Below are positions 1 to 10,681 of a stretch of DNA of 64,000 nucleotides, piece by piece. A program made the translations under genes and the position numbers. Source of the DNA: an uncultured cyanobacterium (GTDB lineage Bacteria > Cyanobacteriota > Cyanobacteriia > PCC-9006 > JAAUQQ01). Position 1 is the first letter of the stretch. Each line of letters begins with the position of its first letter. Below the pieces are notes generated by a model. The model was given only the letters and a program-made list of their open reading frames with translations, searched no databases and had not been told where the DNA came from. The stretch covers positions 4,576,001 through 4,640,000 of the forward strand of contig OY970368.1 in assembly GCA_963718615.1 (NCBI GenBank), in the 5' to 3' direction.

Positions 1-1
1 T

Positions 2-469
2 GTGGTGGAAGCACTGCAACGGCTGCCGGGGGTTACGCCGGAAACGATTAACCCAGCCCTGGGCAATCCCTATCCCGATGTGGCCAGCAATCGCTGGAGT
101 GCGGCTAAGATTGCCTTTGCGCGCGATCGCAACATCGTCGCCGGTTATAAAGAAGATGGCACGTTCCGCCCTACCCAAACCGTTACCCGTGCCGAATTGA
201 TTGCTGTGGTTCGCCGCGCGGCGGAATATGGCCGGACCCGCCGAGGTCTTCCGGCTCAGCTCCAGGGTACCCAGACGCCGCGCCAATTTGCGGATCTGAC
301 GGGCCATTGGGCCGAGCAAACCGTGACCCAAATGTCCGGCTATTGCGGCGTATCTTCTCCCCTAAACGAAACCGGCAACTCGTTCTTCCCCAATACCCCT
401 GCCCTGCGCAACTACGCCACCGCAGCCACTCTGCGGATGTTTAACTGCGTGCGGACTGCCGGATCCTAG
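2..469 (+). CDS. S-layer homology (SLH) domain protein, 5'-partial
   Basis: YPDV..RWSAAKI..GY.EDGTFRP..VTRAE and FADLTGHWA..F.PN SLH-type repeats; runs off window start. Confidence 0.85.
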   Translation: MVEALQRLPGVTPETINPALGNPYPDVASNRWSAAKIAFARDRNIVAGYKEDGTFRPTQTVTRAELIAVVRRAAEYGRTRRGLPAQLQGTQTPRQFADLTGHWAEQTVTQMSGYCGVSSPLNETGNSFFPNTPALRNYATAATLRMFNCVRTAGS

Positions 470-512
470 CCCCCGGTTTTTCAACCAACCCCTCCGCCTA
501 GATCCTCACCCC

Positions 513-1394
513 ATGAGCCCTTCGAGCCAGCTCCCCGATCCATCGGCCTCTCCTCTGGTCAACCGAGAAGTGATCCTGCAAGATTGCTTCCAGGGTGCCC
601 TAATGGGCAGTTTGGCGGGGGCCGTGGCGGGAGGGCTCCCTCCGGAGCAGCTAGATTCGCTCTGGGCCAGTTTGCAGCAAGGGGCGATCGCCCTACGCTC
701 CCATCCTCCTGCCATTCCGCCGGTCCCCTCCGCTGTCCCGGTTGAAATCCTCTTGAGCCGGTTACCCGCACTCTTATTGGTCCATGACGATGAGAACTCC
801 CGCCGGTTACTCGGGCAAACTTGGTTTATTCCCCAAGCTGAACCCGACGCTGCTCCCGACGCTGAACCCGAAATCGCTCACCTCGCTGCCGCTGGAGAAT
901 GGCTCGCCGAGGCGATCGCCGCTCTCCTCTGCAATACCCCCTTCCCGAGCCCTCCCCCAGCTTTAGCCCTAGACCCAGCCCTAAATCCAGCCCTGAATCT
1001 AGCCCTAAACCCAGACGCAGTCGACCTTCCGAGCCCTTGCCAATCCCTTGGGGTAGAGCTTTGTCAAGCGCGCGATCGCTTCTGCACCTACCCCGAACAG
1101 TGGGATCTGTGCCTCCAGCATCCAACTGCCGACTTCCAACCCCCACCCTCCAGCCTCACCCCCACTCTCCTCGGCCTCTGGTTCGGTGCTGCCCAAGGCA
1201 TTCGCAGCCTGCCCTTCCAGGCTCAACAGCCCCTCCTGGCTCTCCAGCAACCGATTCAGCACTTAGCGATCGAACTTTTTTCCCGCTGGGCAGGCTGCAA
1301 CGAATTCCAGGAAGTCGGTGTAAGCTGGGGAGGAGTCCCCTCATCAACGTCAGCATCTCCATCTGTTCTAGGGTGCGCTCCTCGGGGCCGCTGA
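513..1394 (+). CDS. hypothetical protein, distant ADP-ribosylglycohydrolase-like
   Basis: N-terminal DCFQGALMGSLAG and C-terminal GLWFGAAQGIRSLP resemble ARH fold ends; catalytic Asp motifs not evident. Confidence 0.5.
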   Translation: MSPSSQLPDPSASPLVNREVILQDCFQGALMGSLAGAVAGGLPPEQLDSLWASLQQGAIALRSHPPAIPPVPSAVPVEILLSRLPALLLVHDDENSRRLLGQTWFIPQAEPDAAPDAEPEIAHLAAAGEWLAEAIAALLCNTPFPSPPPALALDPALNPALNLALNPDAVDLPSPCQSLGVELCQARDRFCTYPEQWDLCLQHPTADFQPPPSSLTPTLLGLWFGAAQGIRSLPFQAQQPLLALQQPIQHLAIELFSRWAGCNEFQEVGVSWGGVPSSTSASPSVLGCAPRGR

Positions 1395-1416
1395 AGTTGC
1401 GTCACGCTGAGTTGCC

Positions 1417-3930
1417 ATGAAAATGCTTCAGTCCCTAGTCCGGCCCTTAGTACGGCAGATCGAAAAGCAATTTCAGCGCCAGTCAGTTCCCTCCTCTTCC
1501 GGGAAGCAGGCTGCACCTTGGGTACTTCCCCCCGCCCCGCCTCTCGACTATGCCGTTCCGCGTTCTGGCTCGCGTAGGTTTAGATTATTGCCCTTGCTTA
1601 CCTCCCGACGACCGGGCCAAACCCGTTCCGCAGTCCTGTTTATTGTCGCCGTCACGTCCTTAACCGGTGTTACGGGTCAGCGCTTTTACAATCAACCGGC
1701 GTTGGATGTGGGCCGAATGTCGCCTTGGACGGTCTATGCCCCGGAGGATGCGACAGTACCGAATGCAAAAAAAACCGAAGAGTTGCGTCGTGCCGCCAAG
1801 ACTGCTTCGGTACCGGTGCTCAGTATCAGCACCGCCACGAATCGTGAGATTCGCACCAATCTCGATCGCTACCTCACCCATGGGGATGTGCTGCGCAGTC
1901 AACTCGGCTCCTTTCCGGCGATCGCCACCGACCGGCTCTCCACAGCAGTCCAAGCCTATCTGCGCCAAATTCCCAATGAGCAATGGACGCTACTCCTCAA
2001 GACAGCCTTACAACAGGCCGAGGCCAGTCCAGGTAAGGTTTCCCTGCGCGGGTCCGAGGATTTGGCCCAGCGGGCGATCGCCGAGCTTCTCAGCTACCGT
2101 CAGCGCACCTCTCCCAATTCCTTCGAGGCCCTGGTTCAAGAAGTCTGGGCCATGCGGCTCAACTATCGGGATGCCCAAGATCAGCTCAAGGACCCGGCGC
2201 TTTCGGAACTGAATGCTGCTTATAGTCCGGATTTGTTTTTGTTGAGCGATCGCCAATGGGAAAAACTCCAGACCAGCATCCAAACGGTGTTGGCCAATAT
2301 TTTGATCCAGGGGATTGCCCCCGGTGTGCCCCAGGAAGGCATTGATCGGGCCGTGGCGTTGCATGTGCGCTTGGCCATCTCATCGCCGGAGCACACCGAT
2401 GTTGAGCGTCATTTGGCCGCCCAGGTTCTTTCCAAGGTCGTTAAAGCAAACCTGGAGCAGGATCTCGAACAAACTCAACTCAAGGCCGAACGGGCGGCTC
2501 AGGCGATCGATCCCGTAATGATTAGTATTCGCAAGGGCGAAGTCATTGTCAGTGAAGGGGATGAAATTAAGCCCGACCAATTGGTGTTACTCGATCGGTT
2601 CAACAAAAGCGAGCGGCGACAAAACTGGCTGGGTCTGGCCGGATTGGGGAGCGTCATCTGCCTCGAAGTCGTGGTTTTCTGTGTCTTCAAGCAAAAGTTC
2701 TCTCCCCGAATGCGGCGGCGGGACTCCATTGTGATTTTAATTTTGGCGCTGAGTACGCCACTGATGTTTTTGCTCAGGCTGCCGACGAGCAGTCTCCCCG
2801 CCATGGGATTACTGATCGGCAGTTTTTATGGGTCTCCCCTAGGCGTCACGGCGGTCGTCCTCATGACAGCGGCGCTACCTATTGGGCTGGAAATCGATAC
2901 GCAAGTTCTTTTGGCCAGTGCTGCCAGCGGTATGGTTGCGGCGTTTGTGGCGGGGCGGCTGCGGGCGCGGGAAGAGCTGGCACTGCTGGGGCTTGGGGTC
3001 GCGTTGACCCAGGGGTTGGTGCATCTGATCGTGGCGTTGATTGTGAGCGGAGCCGCAGGGCCGGTCTGGTATGTTTTTCTACGCAATGCGGGAGGCTATG
3101 CCCTCGAAGGATTGGCCTGGTGCATTGTGGCTTTGGGGGTGAGTCCCTATCTGGAGCGGTTGTTTGACCTGGTTACGCCGATTCGCTTGGCTGAGCTCTC
3201 TAACCCCAATCGACCCATGCTGCAACGGCTCGCCGCCGAAACCCCTGGCACCTTCCAGCACACGCTATTTGTGGCGACGCTGGCGGAGGCGGCGGCTCGC
3301 ACCCTTGGCTGCAATGTTGAACTGGTCCGGGCTGGAACGCTTTATCACGACATCGGCAAGATGCATGACCCTCAGTCCTTTATCGAGAATCAAATGGGGG
3401 GACCGAATAAGCACGACCTGATCGATGACCCCTGGGAAAGCGCGGCTATTATTCGCAAACATGTCACCGCTGGCCTTGTCATGGCCCGTCGTTGCCGCTT
3501 GCCGCGCGCGCTACAGGCCTTTATTCCCGAACATCAGGGGACAATGCTGATTACCTATTTTTATCATGAGGCCAAACGGCGGGCAGCGGAAAATCCGGAT
3601 AAGTACACGGTTAACGAGGCAGATTTTCGCTATGACGGCCCGATTCCTCAGTCGCGGGAGACAGGCATTGTGATGTTGGCGGATTCCTGTGAGGCGGCTT
3701 TGCGATCGCTCAAGGATGCCTCCACCGAAGAAGCGCTTAACATGGTCAAGAAAATCATGCGGGCGCGTTGGCAGGATGAACAGCTTGTGGATTCCGGACT
3801 CAGTCGTGAAGATCTCAACGTCATTGCCGATGTTTTTGTGCAAATTTGGCAGCAGTTTCACCATAAACGCATTCCCTACCCCGGCAGCCCCCGACCGCCG
3901 GTATCCTTTTCTCCAGGACCGATCGCGTGA
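1417..3930 (+). CDS. 7TM-HD (HDIG) family phosphohydrolase, PgpH-like
   Basis: extracellular domain, multiple TM helices, PGTFQH, YHDIGK, EHQGT, LADS.EAA motifs. Confidence 0.9.
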   Translation: MKMLQSLVRPLVRQIEKQFQRQSVPSSSGKQAAPWVLPPAPPLDYAVPRSGSRRFRLLPLLTSRRPGQTRSAVLFIVAVTSLTGVTGQRFYNQPALDVGRMSPWTVYAPEDATVPNAKKTEELRRAAKTASVPVLSISTATNREIRTNLDRYLTHGDVLRSQLGSFPAIATDRLSTAVQAYLRQIPNEQWTLLLKTALQQAEASPGKVSLRGSEDLAQRAIAELLSYRQRTSPNSFEALVQEVWAMRLNYRDAQDQLKDPALSELNAAYSPDLFLLSDRQWEKLQTSIQTVLANILIQGIAPGVPQEGIDRAVALHVRLAISSPEHTDVERHLAAQVLSKVVKANLEQDLEQTQLKAERAAQAIDPVMISIRKGEVIVSEGDEIKPDQLVLLDRFNKSERRQNWLGLAGLGSVICLEVVVFCVFKQKFSPRMRRRDSIVILILALSTPLMFLLRLPTSSLPAMGLLIGSFYGSPLGVTAVVLMTAALPIGLEIDTQVLLASAASGMVAAFVAGRLRAREELALLGLGVALTQGLVHLIVALIVSGAAGPVWYVFLRNAGGYALEGLAWCIVALGVSPYLERLFDLVTPIRLAELSNPNRPMLQRLAAETPGTFQHTLFVATLAEAAARTLGCNVELVRAGTLYHDIGKMHDPQSFIENQMGGPNKHDLIDDPWESAAIIRKHVTAGLVMARRCRLPRALQAFIPEHQGTMLITYFYHEAKRRAAENPDKYTVNEADFRYDGPIPQSRETGIVMLADSCEAALRSLKDASTEEALNMVKKIMRARWQDEQLVDSGLSREDLNVIADVFVQIWQQFHHKRIPYPGSPRPPVSFSPGPIA

Positions 3931-3960
3931 GGGAAAAGACCTATAGCGATAAAACCCCTA

Positions 3961-4446
3961 ATGATTATGAAAGTCCCTGCCATTGCCCTGGGTTTGCTGC
4001 TGGGGGGAAGTTTTGCGGCCTTGGGCGCAGAACCTAGCCCCTCCTCTGCACCCCTAACGGATCAACCCCTGGAGCCCCGTTCCGAGATCTGCCAAATTCT
4101 CGACAATCAACGGCTGGGTATGCGCCAAGCCGCCGCTGCTGCGCGGATTCGCCAAGACCCTGAGTCAGAATTGCTGTTGGCCGATCAGAAAGTGGATGAA
4201 GTGATCGTTCTGGGCTGGTTTCCCGATGAACCCTATGTGGTGGTGGTACCGGGGCGCGATCGCGATCGCCTCTCCCAGGTGCGTCGCTGTATGCCCGACG
4301 CCATGATTTTGCCTTCGCGGCGTGGATCCTATATTCATGCGGCGAGTTTTCGAGATCGCGCCTCCGCCGAAAAACTTTCGGATTATCTTCGCGAGGAAGG
4401 TTTTGATGCCCGTGTCGCCTATTTTCAGCCTTCCCGAAGACGTTGA
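3961..4446 (+). CDS. secreted hypothetical protein with SPOR-like C-terminus
   Basis: signal-peptide-like N-terminus; YIHAASFRDRASAEKL..LREEGFDARV. Confidence 0.6.
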   Translation: MIMKVPAIALGLLLGGSFAALGAEPSPSSAPLTDQPLEPRSEICQILDNQRLGMRQAAAAARIRQDPESELLLADQKVDEVIVLGWFPDEPYVVVVPGRDRDRLSQVRRCMPDAMILPSRRGSYIHAASFRDRASAEKLSDYLREEGFDARVAYFQPSRRR

Positions 4447-4552
4447 TAGAGACAGAGCAGGGACAGAGCAATGCCCTGTCCCCGATGCAATTCTTTGATG
4501 CTAGTCTGTCCCTGAGTTGACCCTGGTTTGCGCGTAAAGGCTATTCCAAGAG

Positions 4553-5260
4553 TTAGCGCTGAAGATTGATCTGCGCATTTGGCGGCAGACAGATCAGGTT
4601 GTCACCATAGATGCGAATCAAGCCCCGCTGACGCAAGCGACCCATCAATCGGGTTACGGTCACACGGGTTGAGCCAATGGCACTACCAATCTGGGCATGG
4701 GTCAACGACCAAGGGAGGCAGTAGCCCGCTTCGCAGGGTTCGCCATACTCTTCAATCAGCAGCGTCAAAAAGCCCAGGAGGCGATCGATCGTGCGACGCT
4801 GGCCCAGGGTGCTCAACCAGAGCAACTTACGCTGGTGCTGATAGCGGAAAGCATCTAGTACTTCACGCCGGAAGTGGGGCCAATTATCCAAATCATTCCA
4901 GTACATCCACAGAACCGAGGTTTGGTCGGTGTGGGCATAGGCCTGAAGCGTAAAGGGCGATTGGGCCACAATCTCAAAGGGATGGCCTGCGCCAACAAAC
5001 CCCAAAAAGGCTTCTTCTAAGGCGATTTGCGAAAGGGCAACGCTATTGGGTTTGGCCGAAGCCGTCAACTGGGTATTGCCCACAAGACGAACGGAACCCC
5101 GCTGTACCAGATACAAGAGACCGGGACGAACCGGAATCTTCTCATCTTTGCTGAACGTCCGGCACCGATAGTGCTCTTGCGCCCAGTCAATGATGCGCTG
5201 CCATGTTAGGAATGGCCGAGATGACTCTGATGATTGGGGAGACACGACTGATGAATACAT
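4553..5260 (-). CDS. devH: Crp/Fnr family transcriptional regulator DevH
   Basis: RPFLTWQRIIDWAQEHYRCRTFSKDE N-terminus and LTHAQIGSAIGSTRVTVTRL HTH match remembered DevH sequence. Confidence 0.85.
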   Translation of the reverse strand: MYSSVVSPQSSESSRPFLTWQRIIDWAQEHYRCRTFSKDEKIPVRPGLLYLVQRGSVRLVGNTQLTASAKPNSVALSQIALEEAFLGFVGAGHPFEIVAQSPFTLQAYAHTDQTSVLWMYWNDLDNWPHFRREVLDAFRYQHQRKLLWLSTLGQRRTIDRLLGFLTLLIEEYGEPCEAGYCLPWSLTHAQIGSAIGSTRVTVTRLMGRLRQRGLIRIYGDNLICLPPNAQINLQR

Positions 5261-5703
5261 GGGTAAATTCGAGGTGGATCTTGTAACGTCGATGGACCTG
5301 GGGGCTCAGTCCAGCTATTTTGCGAAGTTCGCCCCACACAGCTAATGGCAGATAGCAAGCCCTGCAACGATGCTCTCCTACTAGGTCCCTGAGTCAAACG
5401 AGTAGGTCCACACCACCCGAAAATCCCCGAGAGTTCACGGATGAACAAAAGCCGGGAATGTTGTATTCGAGGTTGCGCGATCGCAAATTTTCAAAGCCTC
5501 ACAGCAGCGAAGAGTCGTGAACGATCCCTATAGAGCTGGTCTGAGCGAAGTTTGCGACGGACGTCATCGCTTGAAAACCTTGGTTTGAGCAGGGATTTCA
5601 AGATTAAGTAGATACACGCAAGCTAATCATACCACAATTAACTGAGGTAGAAAGGGGCAAGGGTAAACACTTACGTGTTTTCTATATTTTGTACACATAG
5701 AGA

Positions 5704-6606
5704 ATGGCCGTATCCGTGATGACTTTGATTTCTTTGTCGCAACTGATCACCGGACTTCTACGGTTCACATTGGCTCAATCCCAAGCTGGACAAGGCTTTC
5801 TCGCTACGCGCCCGGTCTTGCCGCTGCGCCGCCTGCCGGTAGATTCCGGACTGTATTACCGATCGGGGGTGGCTCTCCCCTTCGGCGCTTTTTTGGGGAA
5901 ATTGCCGCAGGCGATCGCCTCCGACCTCACCGCCCAAGTGCTCAAAGCCCTGAGTGGTCCTGACAACTCGTATTTTTACGACTCGTTGACATTATTAACA
6001 AAGGTAAAAGGTTCAGCGCCGCAGGCTGGGACGATGCAGAGCCAGGATTGCCGGGACTGGGCTTTAGCGCTCCGTCCTCAGTTTTGCCCCCCCCATTGGC
6101 TCGACTGGGTGTTGCCCGAGGCGTTTGTGGAAACTTGGCTGATGACCCAGGCCGTTGACCGCTCAGAATCTGCTGTCCCCGTCCTTTCTCTCGCCCCAGA
6201 CACCCTCTTTCGCTGGCATCATGCCCATGCCCGCTGCACTGCGCTGCTGGCGGCGATCGCAGCCTCAGACGAACCCCAACCCGCACTCCATCGGCAAAAT
6301 GGCCTACCGTTTTGGCAGTGGCCTGGCATTCTAGATTGGGTGGGAGCGCTGGCGGATGCCACGGATGCAGCAAATGCGGCAAATGCGGCGATTTCTGCAC
6401 AGTCTGGCAAATCCTGGAGCCGAGCAACGACCGAGCTGACCCAGGCGATCGACCAGATCCACCGAACTTATCCCCTGCAAAATAAAAGACATCTCAGCAT
6501 AATGGCGGAGAAGGAAAACGTTCGGTTACTTGGGGGGCGATCGCAAGCCGCACTTCACCAGGCGCTTCTCGATCTCGCCGGACAAAGGCCAGTGGCCGAA
6601 TTGTAA
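5704..6606 (+). CDS. DALR anticodon-binding-domain-like protein
   Basis: HHAHARC motif resembles DALR YAHARC; divergent from devH. Confidence 0.55.
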   Translation: MAVSVMTLISLSQLITGLLRFTLAQSQAGQGFLATRPVLPLRRLPVDSGLYYRSGVALPFGAFLGKLPQAIASDLTAQVLKALSGPDNSYFYDSLTLLTKVKGSAPQAGTMQSQDCRDWALALRPQFCPPHWLDWVLPEAFVETWLMTQAVDRSESAVPVLSLAPDTLFRWHHAHARCTALLAAIAASDEPQPALHRQNGLPFWQWPGILDWVGALADATDAANAANAAISAQSGKSWSRATTELTQAIDQIHRTYPLQNKRHLSIMAEKENVRLLGGRSQAALHQALLDLAGQRPVAEL

Positions 6607-6717
6607 TTACCGTAGCTTCATCCTGAACCCTTCACAGCGCCGAGCTCAATGCAGCCCTCTCCGCAAAATGACTGAGGGCAACTTCGCAATTTAGATGACA
6701 ACTCCCGTAACATTCGG

Positions 6718-6723
6718 TAATAT
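6718..6723 (+). promoter_or_regulatory. -10 element for Yfr2-like sRNA
   Basis: TAATAT 7 nt upstream of the GTGTGAGGAG 5' motif. Confidence 0.55.
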
Positions 6724-6730
6724 CAAAGGC

Positions 6731-6798
6731 GTGTGAGGAGCGAACCAGAATGAAGGGTGCTGAGACGAAACACGGCCAGTCGTCAGCACCCTCTTCTG
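6731..6798 (+). ncRNA. yfr2: Yfr2-family small RNA
   Basis: 5' GTGTGAGGAG motif, stem AGGGTGCTGA/TCAGCACCCT with GAAACA in the loop. Confidence 0.75.
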
Positions 6799-6945
6799 AT
6801 CTTTAGGTCTCTTGCCTCATCAGATTTCAGCATTCAGCTCCTATTCACCTGAAGCTAGCGTGAAGTTTTAGCTTACGGTTTTATTTGTCGGCAATTCCAC
6901 TGAAGCTAGGAATAGCCTCGCTTCTCTCTGCCCAAATCTGACCCG

Positions 6946-7932
6946 ATGCTGTTATCGAGCGACCCTGTCCCTATGATCGAGTTTCCTGCAAGGCGGCGAG
7001 CACGGCATTTAACCTTTGCCACCTTAGTATTGATACTTTGGGCCGTTTTGGTGATGCTGGCGCTTAAGCTATTGGTGGGTTGGGCAACGGGCTCCCTGGC
7101 GATTTTAGCCACAGCGATGCACACGCTGCTGACGAGCTTTAGTACGCTTATGGGTCTACAAAGCAGTCGTTTTTTTGTCCAGCGGCCTCGGGAATGGCCG
7201 AGCTGTCAGGGCTCCTTGGCAACGGGCACGCTGTTCTTGATGTGGAGCTTGCTGGGGTTTGGTGGCCTGAGTTTGTTGGTGCTGGTGGTCCAGCGTTGGC
7301 AAGGCATCGCAGGCGCAGCCCCTCTTCAGGTGTCCATTGCCCTGATTCAGCTCATGGGGCTCCTGGGTTTAGTAAGTTTTTGCTTTGCGCTGGTGGAGCG
7401 ATATATGGCCGGTGTCACCGAGAGCCTGTTGCTCAGCGGCAATGCACGGCTGCTCTTGCAGGAAGCCTGGCTGAATCTGCTGGTGCTCTGCGGTTTGCTG
7501 GTGATTCGCTACGGCTATAAAGGGGTGGATCTACTGCTGGTTCCCTTAATTTTGCTATTGGTCATCTTAAATGCTTGGCGCAATCTCCAACGCCATTGGC
7601 CCCAGTTGTTTCGTCCCCAGGCCATTGCCCCGGAGGCGATCGCCCACCTGGCCCAACGTATAGACGGCGTGCTCCGCTGTATCTCTGCCCAAAGCCATGG
7701 CCTCGTGGGGCGTCAGGTGCAGATCCATCTGCAACTGCTGATCCATCCGGAATTTGAGAGTCTTGCCACCAGTATTGGCCAACGGATTGAAGCAACCCTG
7801 CGTCACCACTATGGTTCGGTGGACGTCACCATCGAATTGGTCAACGAAAATGGTTCCCGGCGACAGCGTCTAGACCTGAATGCGCCCCCAACCGCCGATT
7901 TGATTTCCCTCGATTATTTGGACTGGAACTAG
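6946..7932 (+). CDS. cation diffusion facilitator family transporter (divergent)
   Basis: LKLLVGWATGSLAILA.AMHT, about 6 TM helices, C-terminal dimerisation-like domain. Confidence 0.75.
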   Translation: MLLSSDPVPMIEFPARRRARHLTFATLVLILWAVLVMLALKLLVGWATGSLAILATAMHTLLTSFSTLMGLQSSRFFVQRPREWPSCQGSLATGTLFLMWSLLGFGGLSLLVLVVQRWQGIAGAAPLQVSIALIQLMGLLGLVSFCFALVERYMAGVTESLLLSGNARLLLQEAWLNLLVLCGLLVIRYGYKGVDLLLVPLILLLVILNAWRNLQRHWPQLFRPQAIAPEAIAHLAQRIDGVLRCISAQSHGLVGRQVQIHLQLLIHPEFESLATSIGQRIEATLRHHYGSVDVTIELVNENGSRRQRLDLNAPPTADLISLDYLDWN

Positions 7933-7941
7933 CGGAGAGCC

Positions 7942-7980
7942 CGTGCCCTAGACTCGTACCCTAGACTCGTGCCCTAGAAA
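7942..7980. repeat. 13-bp tandem repeat x3
   Basis: cgtgccctagact/cgtaccctagact/cgtgccctagaaa between convergent genes. Confidence 0.8.
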
Positions 7981-7987
7981 AAGCGCC

Positions 7988-9484
7988 CTAGAAAAAACGC
8001 TGGAGGACTCGATAGAGCAGCTGGAAGAGCGTCACAATCGCAACGCTGACCAATCCCCCTGCAATCACAAAAACCAACAGCACTAGGAGATTACCGCCAG
8101 GGACCCACATTGCAATGATGCGATGGAGCGGTCCAATCAGCCCAACCACCAGCAGAGAGAGACCTGCAATGATGGCTAGGTCTACGCCTTCCAGCACGCG
8201 AAAGTATTGCAGTGCCACTAGCCCTACCAGCAGCATCAGCCAGAGCCCGGTTCCCCAGAGGACGGTACCTAGAAAACTGGCGATCGCAATTCCCAGCAAA
8301 CTCCCCTGAACCCCCGTAAAGGCCGCATGGCCCAGGAGTTCCAGCAGGGAAAAGGGCCTCCTGCGCGCAGCCACAACGGGCGGTGGTTGGGGGGATGGGG
8401 GTGAGGCAGCCGGAGGCCCGGAGGGGGGAGAAGAGGGGGCTGGCGGCACAGGAGGGGCGACCCCAGGCTGAACCCTAGGCTGGACTGTCGGCTGGGCAAT
8501 AGACTGCATCGCTGTCGACGACGAGGCACTAGAGCGACTGGCCAACGCCGTCTGCACCTCGGCAGCCGAAGCAAACCGCTGGCTGGGGGAAACTTGCAGC
8601 ATTTTGTCGAGCACCGCCGCAAAGGCATCGCTCACCGTCCCATGGTTGCGATAATTCCAGGTACTGCGGTAGCTGTCGTAGAGTACACCGGGTTCTTGGC
8701 CGGTGAGCAGTTCCAAAGCCGTGACCGCAAGGGCATAGAGATCCGTCGAAGGATAAACTGCGCCCCCTTGCATTTGCTCCGGCGGCGCATAACCCGGTGA
8801 GTAAATGCCTGTGGAGCTGTTGGTGGGTTTGCCTGCGGATTGGGTGACTTGCTTGACTGCGCCAAAATCTAACAGAAAAATCCGGCCCTGGCGATCGCGC
8901 ATAATATTCGACGGCTTAATATCCCGATGGATCGTGTCGCGATCGTGGACAAACTTAAGAATTTTTAAGACCGTTTGGACAACTCCTAAGACTTCGGTCT
9001 CAGGAAAAGGACCGTTCTGGGCGAGCTCTTGTTCTAGGGATTGCCCATCAATGTATTCCTGGACCAAATAAAATAGCTCCTGCACCTTTCCCGGCACCAA
9101 GCTCGGCACCTGTAGCGGGAAAAAGGCGAGCAAATCGGGAATCTGGGGGTGGGCATTGCCAAGCTGCTCCAGGGCCTCAGCCTCCCGTTCAAACAAGCCT
9201 TGGGCCACATCGAGCTGGGTGGCACTGAGATTGCCATCGGGCTGAAAAATCTTGACCACACAGGGTTTGAGCGCTGGAGAAAAGCGATCGACCGCATAAT
9301 AAGCCGCCCCAAATCCCCCCTTGCCCAAGAGCCGCTGGGGCAAATAGCGTCCCGCCAAAATTAACGGCATGCCACAGGCGGTACAAAACTTTTGCGTAAC
9401 AGTCTTAATCTGCTTCGGGTCATCCAAATCCATAAAGAGATTTTGGGGACGCGGGCAGCCGGGACGGGTGCAAATGAGCTCCAT
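7988..9484 (-). CDS. membrane Ser/Thr protein kinase with N-terminal 4-Cys motif
   Basis: GKGGFG, HRDIKPSN, DFG, PPEQ motifs; Pro-rich linker; C-terminal TM helices. Confidence 0.92.
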   Translation of the reverse strand: MELICTRPGCPRPQNLFMDLDDPKQIKTVTQKFCTACGMPLILAGRYLPQRLLGKGGFGAAYYAVDRFSPALKPCVVKIFQPDGNLSATQLDVAQGLFEREAEALEQLGNAHPQIPDLLAFFPLQVPSLVPGKVQELFYLVQEYIDGQSLEQELAQNGPFPETEVLGVVQTVLKILKFVHDRDTIHRDIKPSNIMRDRQGRIFLLDFGAVKQVTQSAGKPTNSSTGIYSPGYAPPEQMQGGAVYPSTDLYALAVTALELLTGQEPGVLYDSYRSTWNYRNHGTVSDAFAAVLDKMLQVSPSQRFASAAEVQTALASRSSASSSTAMQSIAQPTVQPRVQPGVAPPVPPAPSSPPSGPPAASPPSPQPPPVVAARRRPFSLLELLGHAAFTGVQGSLLGIAIASFLGTVLWGTGLWLMLLVGLVALQYFRVLEGVDLAIIAGLSLLVVGLIGPLHRIIAMWVPGGNLLVLLVFVIAGGLVSVAIVTLFQLLYRVLQRFF

Positions 9485-9490
9485 GGAATT

Positions 9491-10540
9491 TTAAAGAGTA
9501 GGCTCCAAAGCTTCTGGCTCTTCCGCAACCTTATCCTCTGGCGTGGGAGTTTTGCCATTCTTCGCCGCTGGCGGACTAACCGCAACCGTGCCATAGAGGT
9601 CAAACCCCTCCCGATAGGCCGCACTGGCAAATCGCGGCAAAATCTCTTGGCTAAAGGCTTCCGCTGCTTTTGAACGATAGCGGTTGGGGTTGTAAATCAC
9701 CGAGAGCGTCCGCCGTACCGTTAGTCCATCCACAAAGGCCCGATGGAGCAACTCAATTTCCAGCTCCTTCTCGATCGCCGAAATCGACACAAACGCCGCC
9801 CCCAATCCGGACTGCACGGCATTTTTAATCGCCTCGATGGAATTTAGCTCCATCTCAATCCGCAGTCGCCGGGTTTCAATGCCACAGCGGGTCAGCACCT
9901 GGTCAATGACTTTACGAATGGTGGACTGAGAATCCAGGGCAATAAAGTCCAGCTTATACAAATCCTCAATTTGAATGCGCTCCCGCTGGGCCAGGGGGTG
10001 AAAGCTCGGCAAGATCAGCGCCAGCTCATCTTCCGCATAGGGCACCGTCACCAGCGCATCCTGTAACTCAATGGGGACCTCTCCCCCAATAATCGCCAGG
10101 TCGATCTGCCCATTGGCCACACTCCAGGAAGTCCGCCGGGTGGAATGGACATGGAGCTGAACGGCCACATCCGGGTAGCGTTTGCGAAACAGCCCAATCA
10201 TCCGAGGCAGGAGATACGTGCCCGTGGTCTGGCTAGCGCCCACGATCAAGGTGCCCCCCTGGAGGCTTTGCAGGTCTTCGATCGCTCGACAAGTCTCCTG
10301 ACAAAGGCTAAGGATTTTCTCTCCGTAGCTCAGTAGCAGATGGCCCGCTTCCGTGAGCTGAGCCCGTCGCCCCCCTCGGTCAAACAGGGGAACATCCAAC
10401 TGTCGCTCTAAGTTTTGTACCTGAAGACTTACCGCAGGCTGAGAAACATATAAACTATCGGCAGCCCGCTTAAAGCTTCCTTCAGCGGCGATCGCCTTCA
10501 AGATCCGTAACTGATCCAAAGTAAAGGGAAGATCAGACAT
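9491..10540 (-). CDS. rbcR: LysR family regulator RbcR/Ycf30
   Basis: [38 protein letters not shown]; start set at ATG 10540. Confidence 0.85.
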   Translation of the reverse strand: MSDLPFTLDQLRILKAIAAEGSFKRAADSLYVSQPAVSLQVQNLERQLDVPLFDRGGRRAQLTEAGHLLLSYGEKILSLCQETCRAIEDLQSLQGGTLIVGASQTTGTYLLPRMIGLFRKRYPDVAVQLHVHSTRRTSWSVANGQIDLAIIGGEVPIELQDALVTVPYAEDELALILPSFHPLAQRERIQIEDLYKLDFIALDSQSTIRKVIDQVLTRCGIETRRLRIEMELNSIEAIKNAVQSGLGAAFVSISAIEKELEIELLHRAFVDGLTVRRTLSVIYNPNRYRSKAAEAFSQEILPRFASAAYREGFDLYGTVAVSPPAAKNGKTPTPEDKVAEEPEALEPTL

Positions 10541-10681
10541 ATCAGCTCTCAATCGCTTAATAGAAGCTGGGCAGAAACTCTTATGCTTAAATCGGGAACG
10601 CTGAAGGCAGACGCTCACCCGACAATCCGACTATTGAATACTATGCCTTTAGGGGCAGCCCACGTTGCAAATCTAGAATAA

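Noticed and set aside
5662-5675. NtcA box upstream of devH (GTAAACACTTAC)
   Set aside because: Spacer is 6 nt rather than 8.
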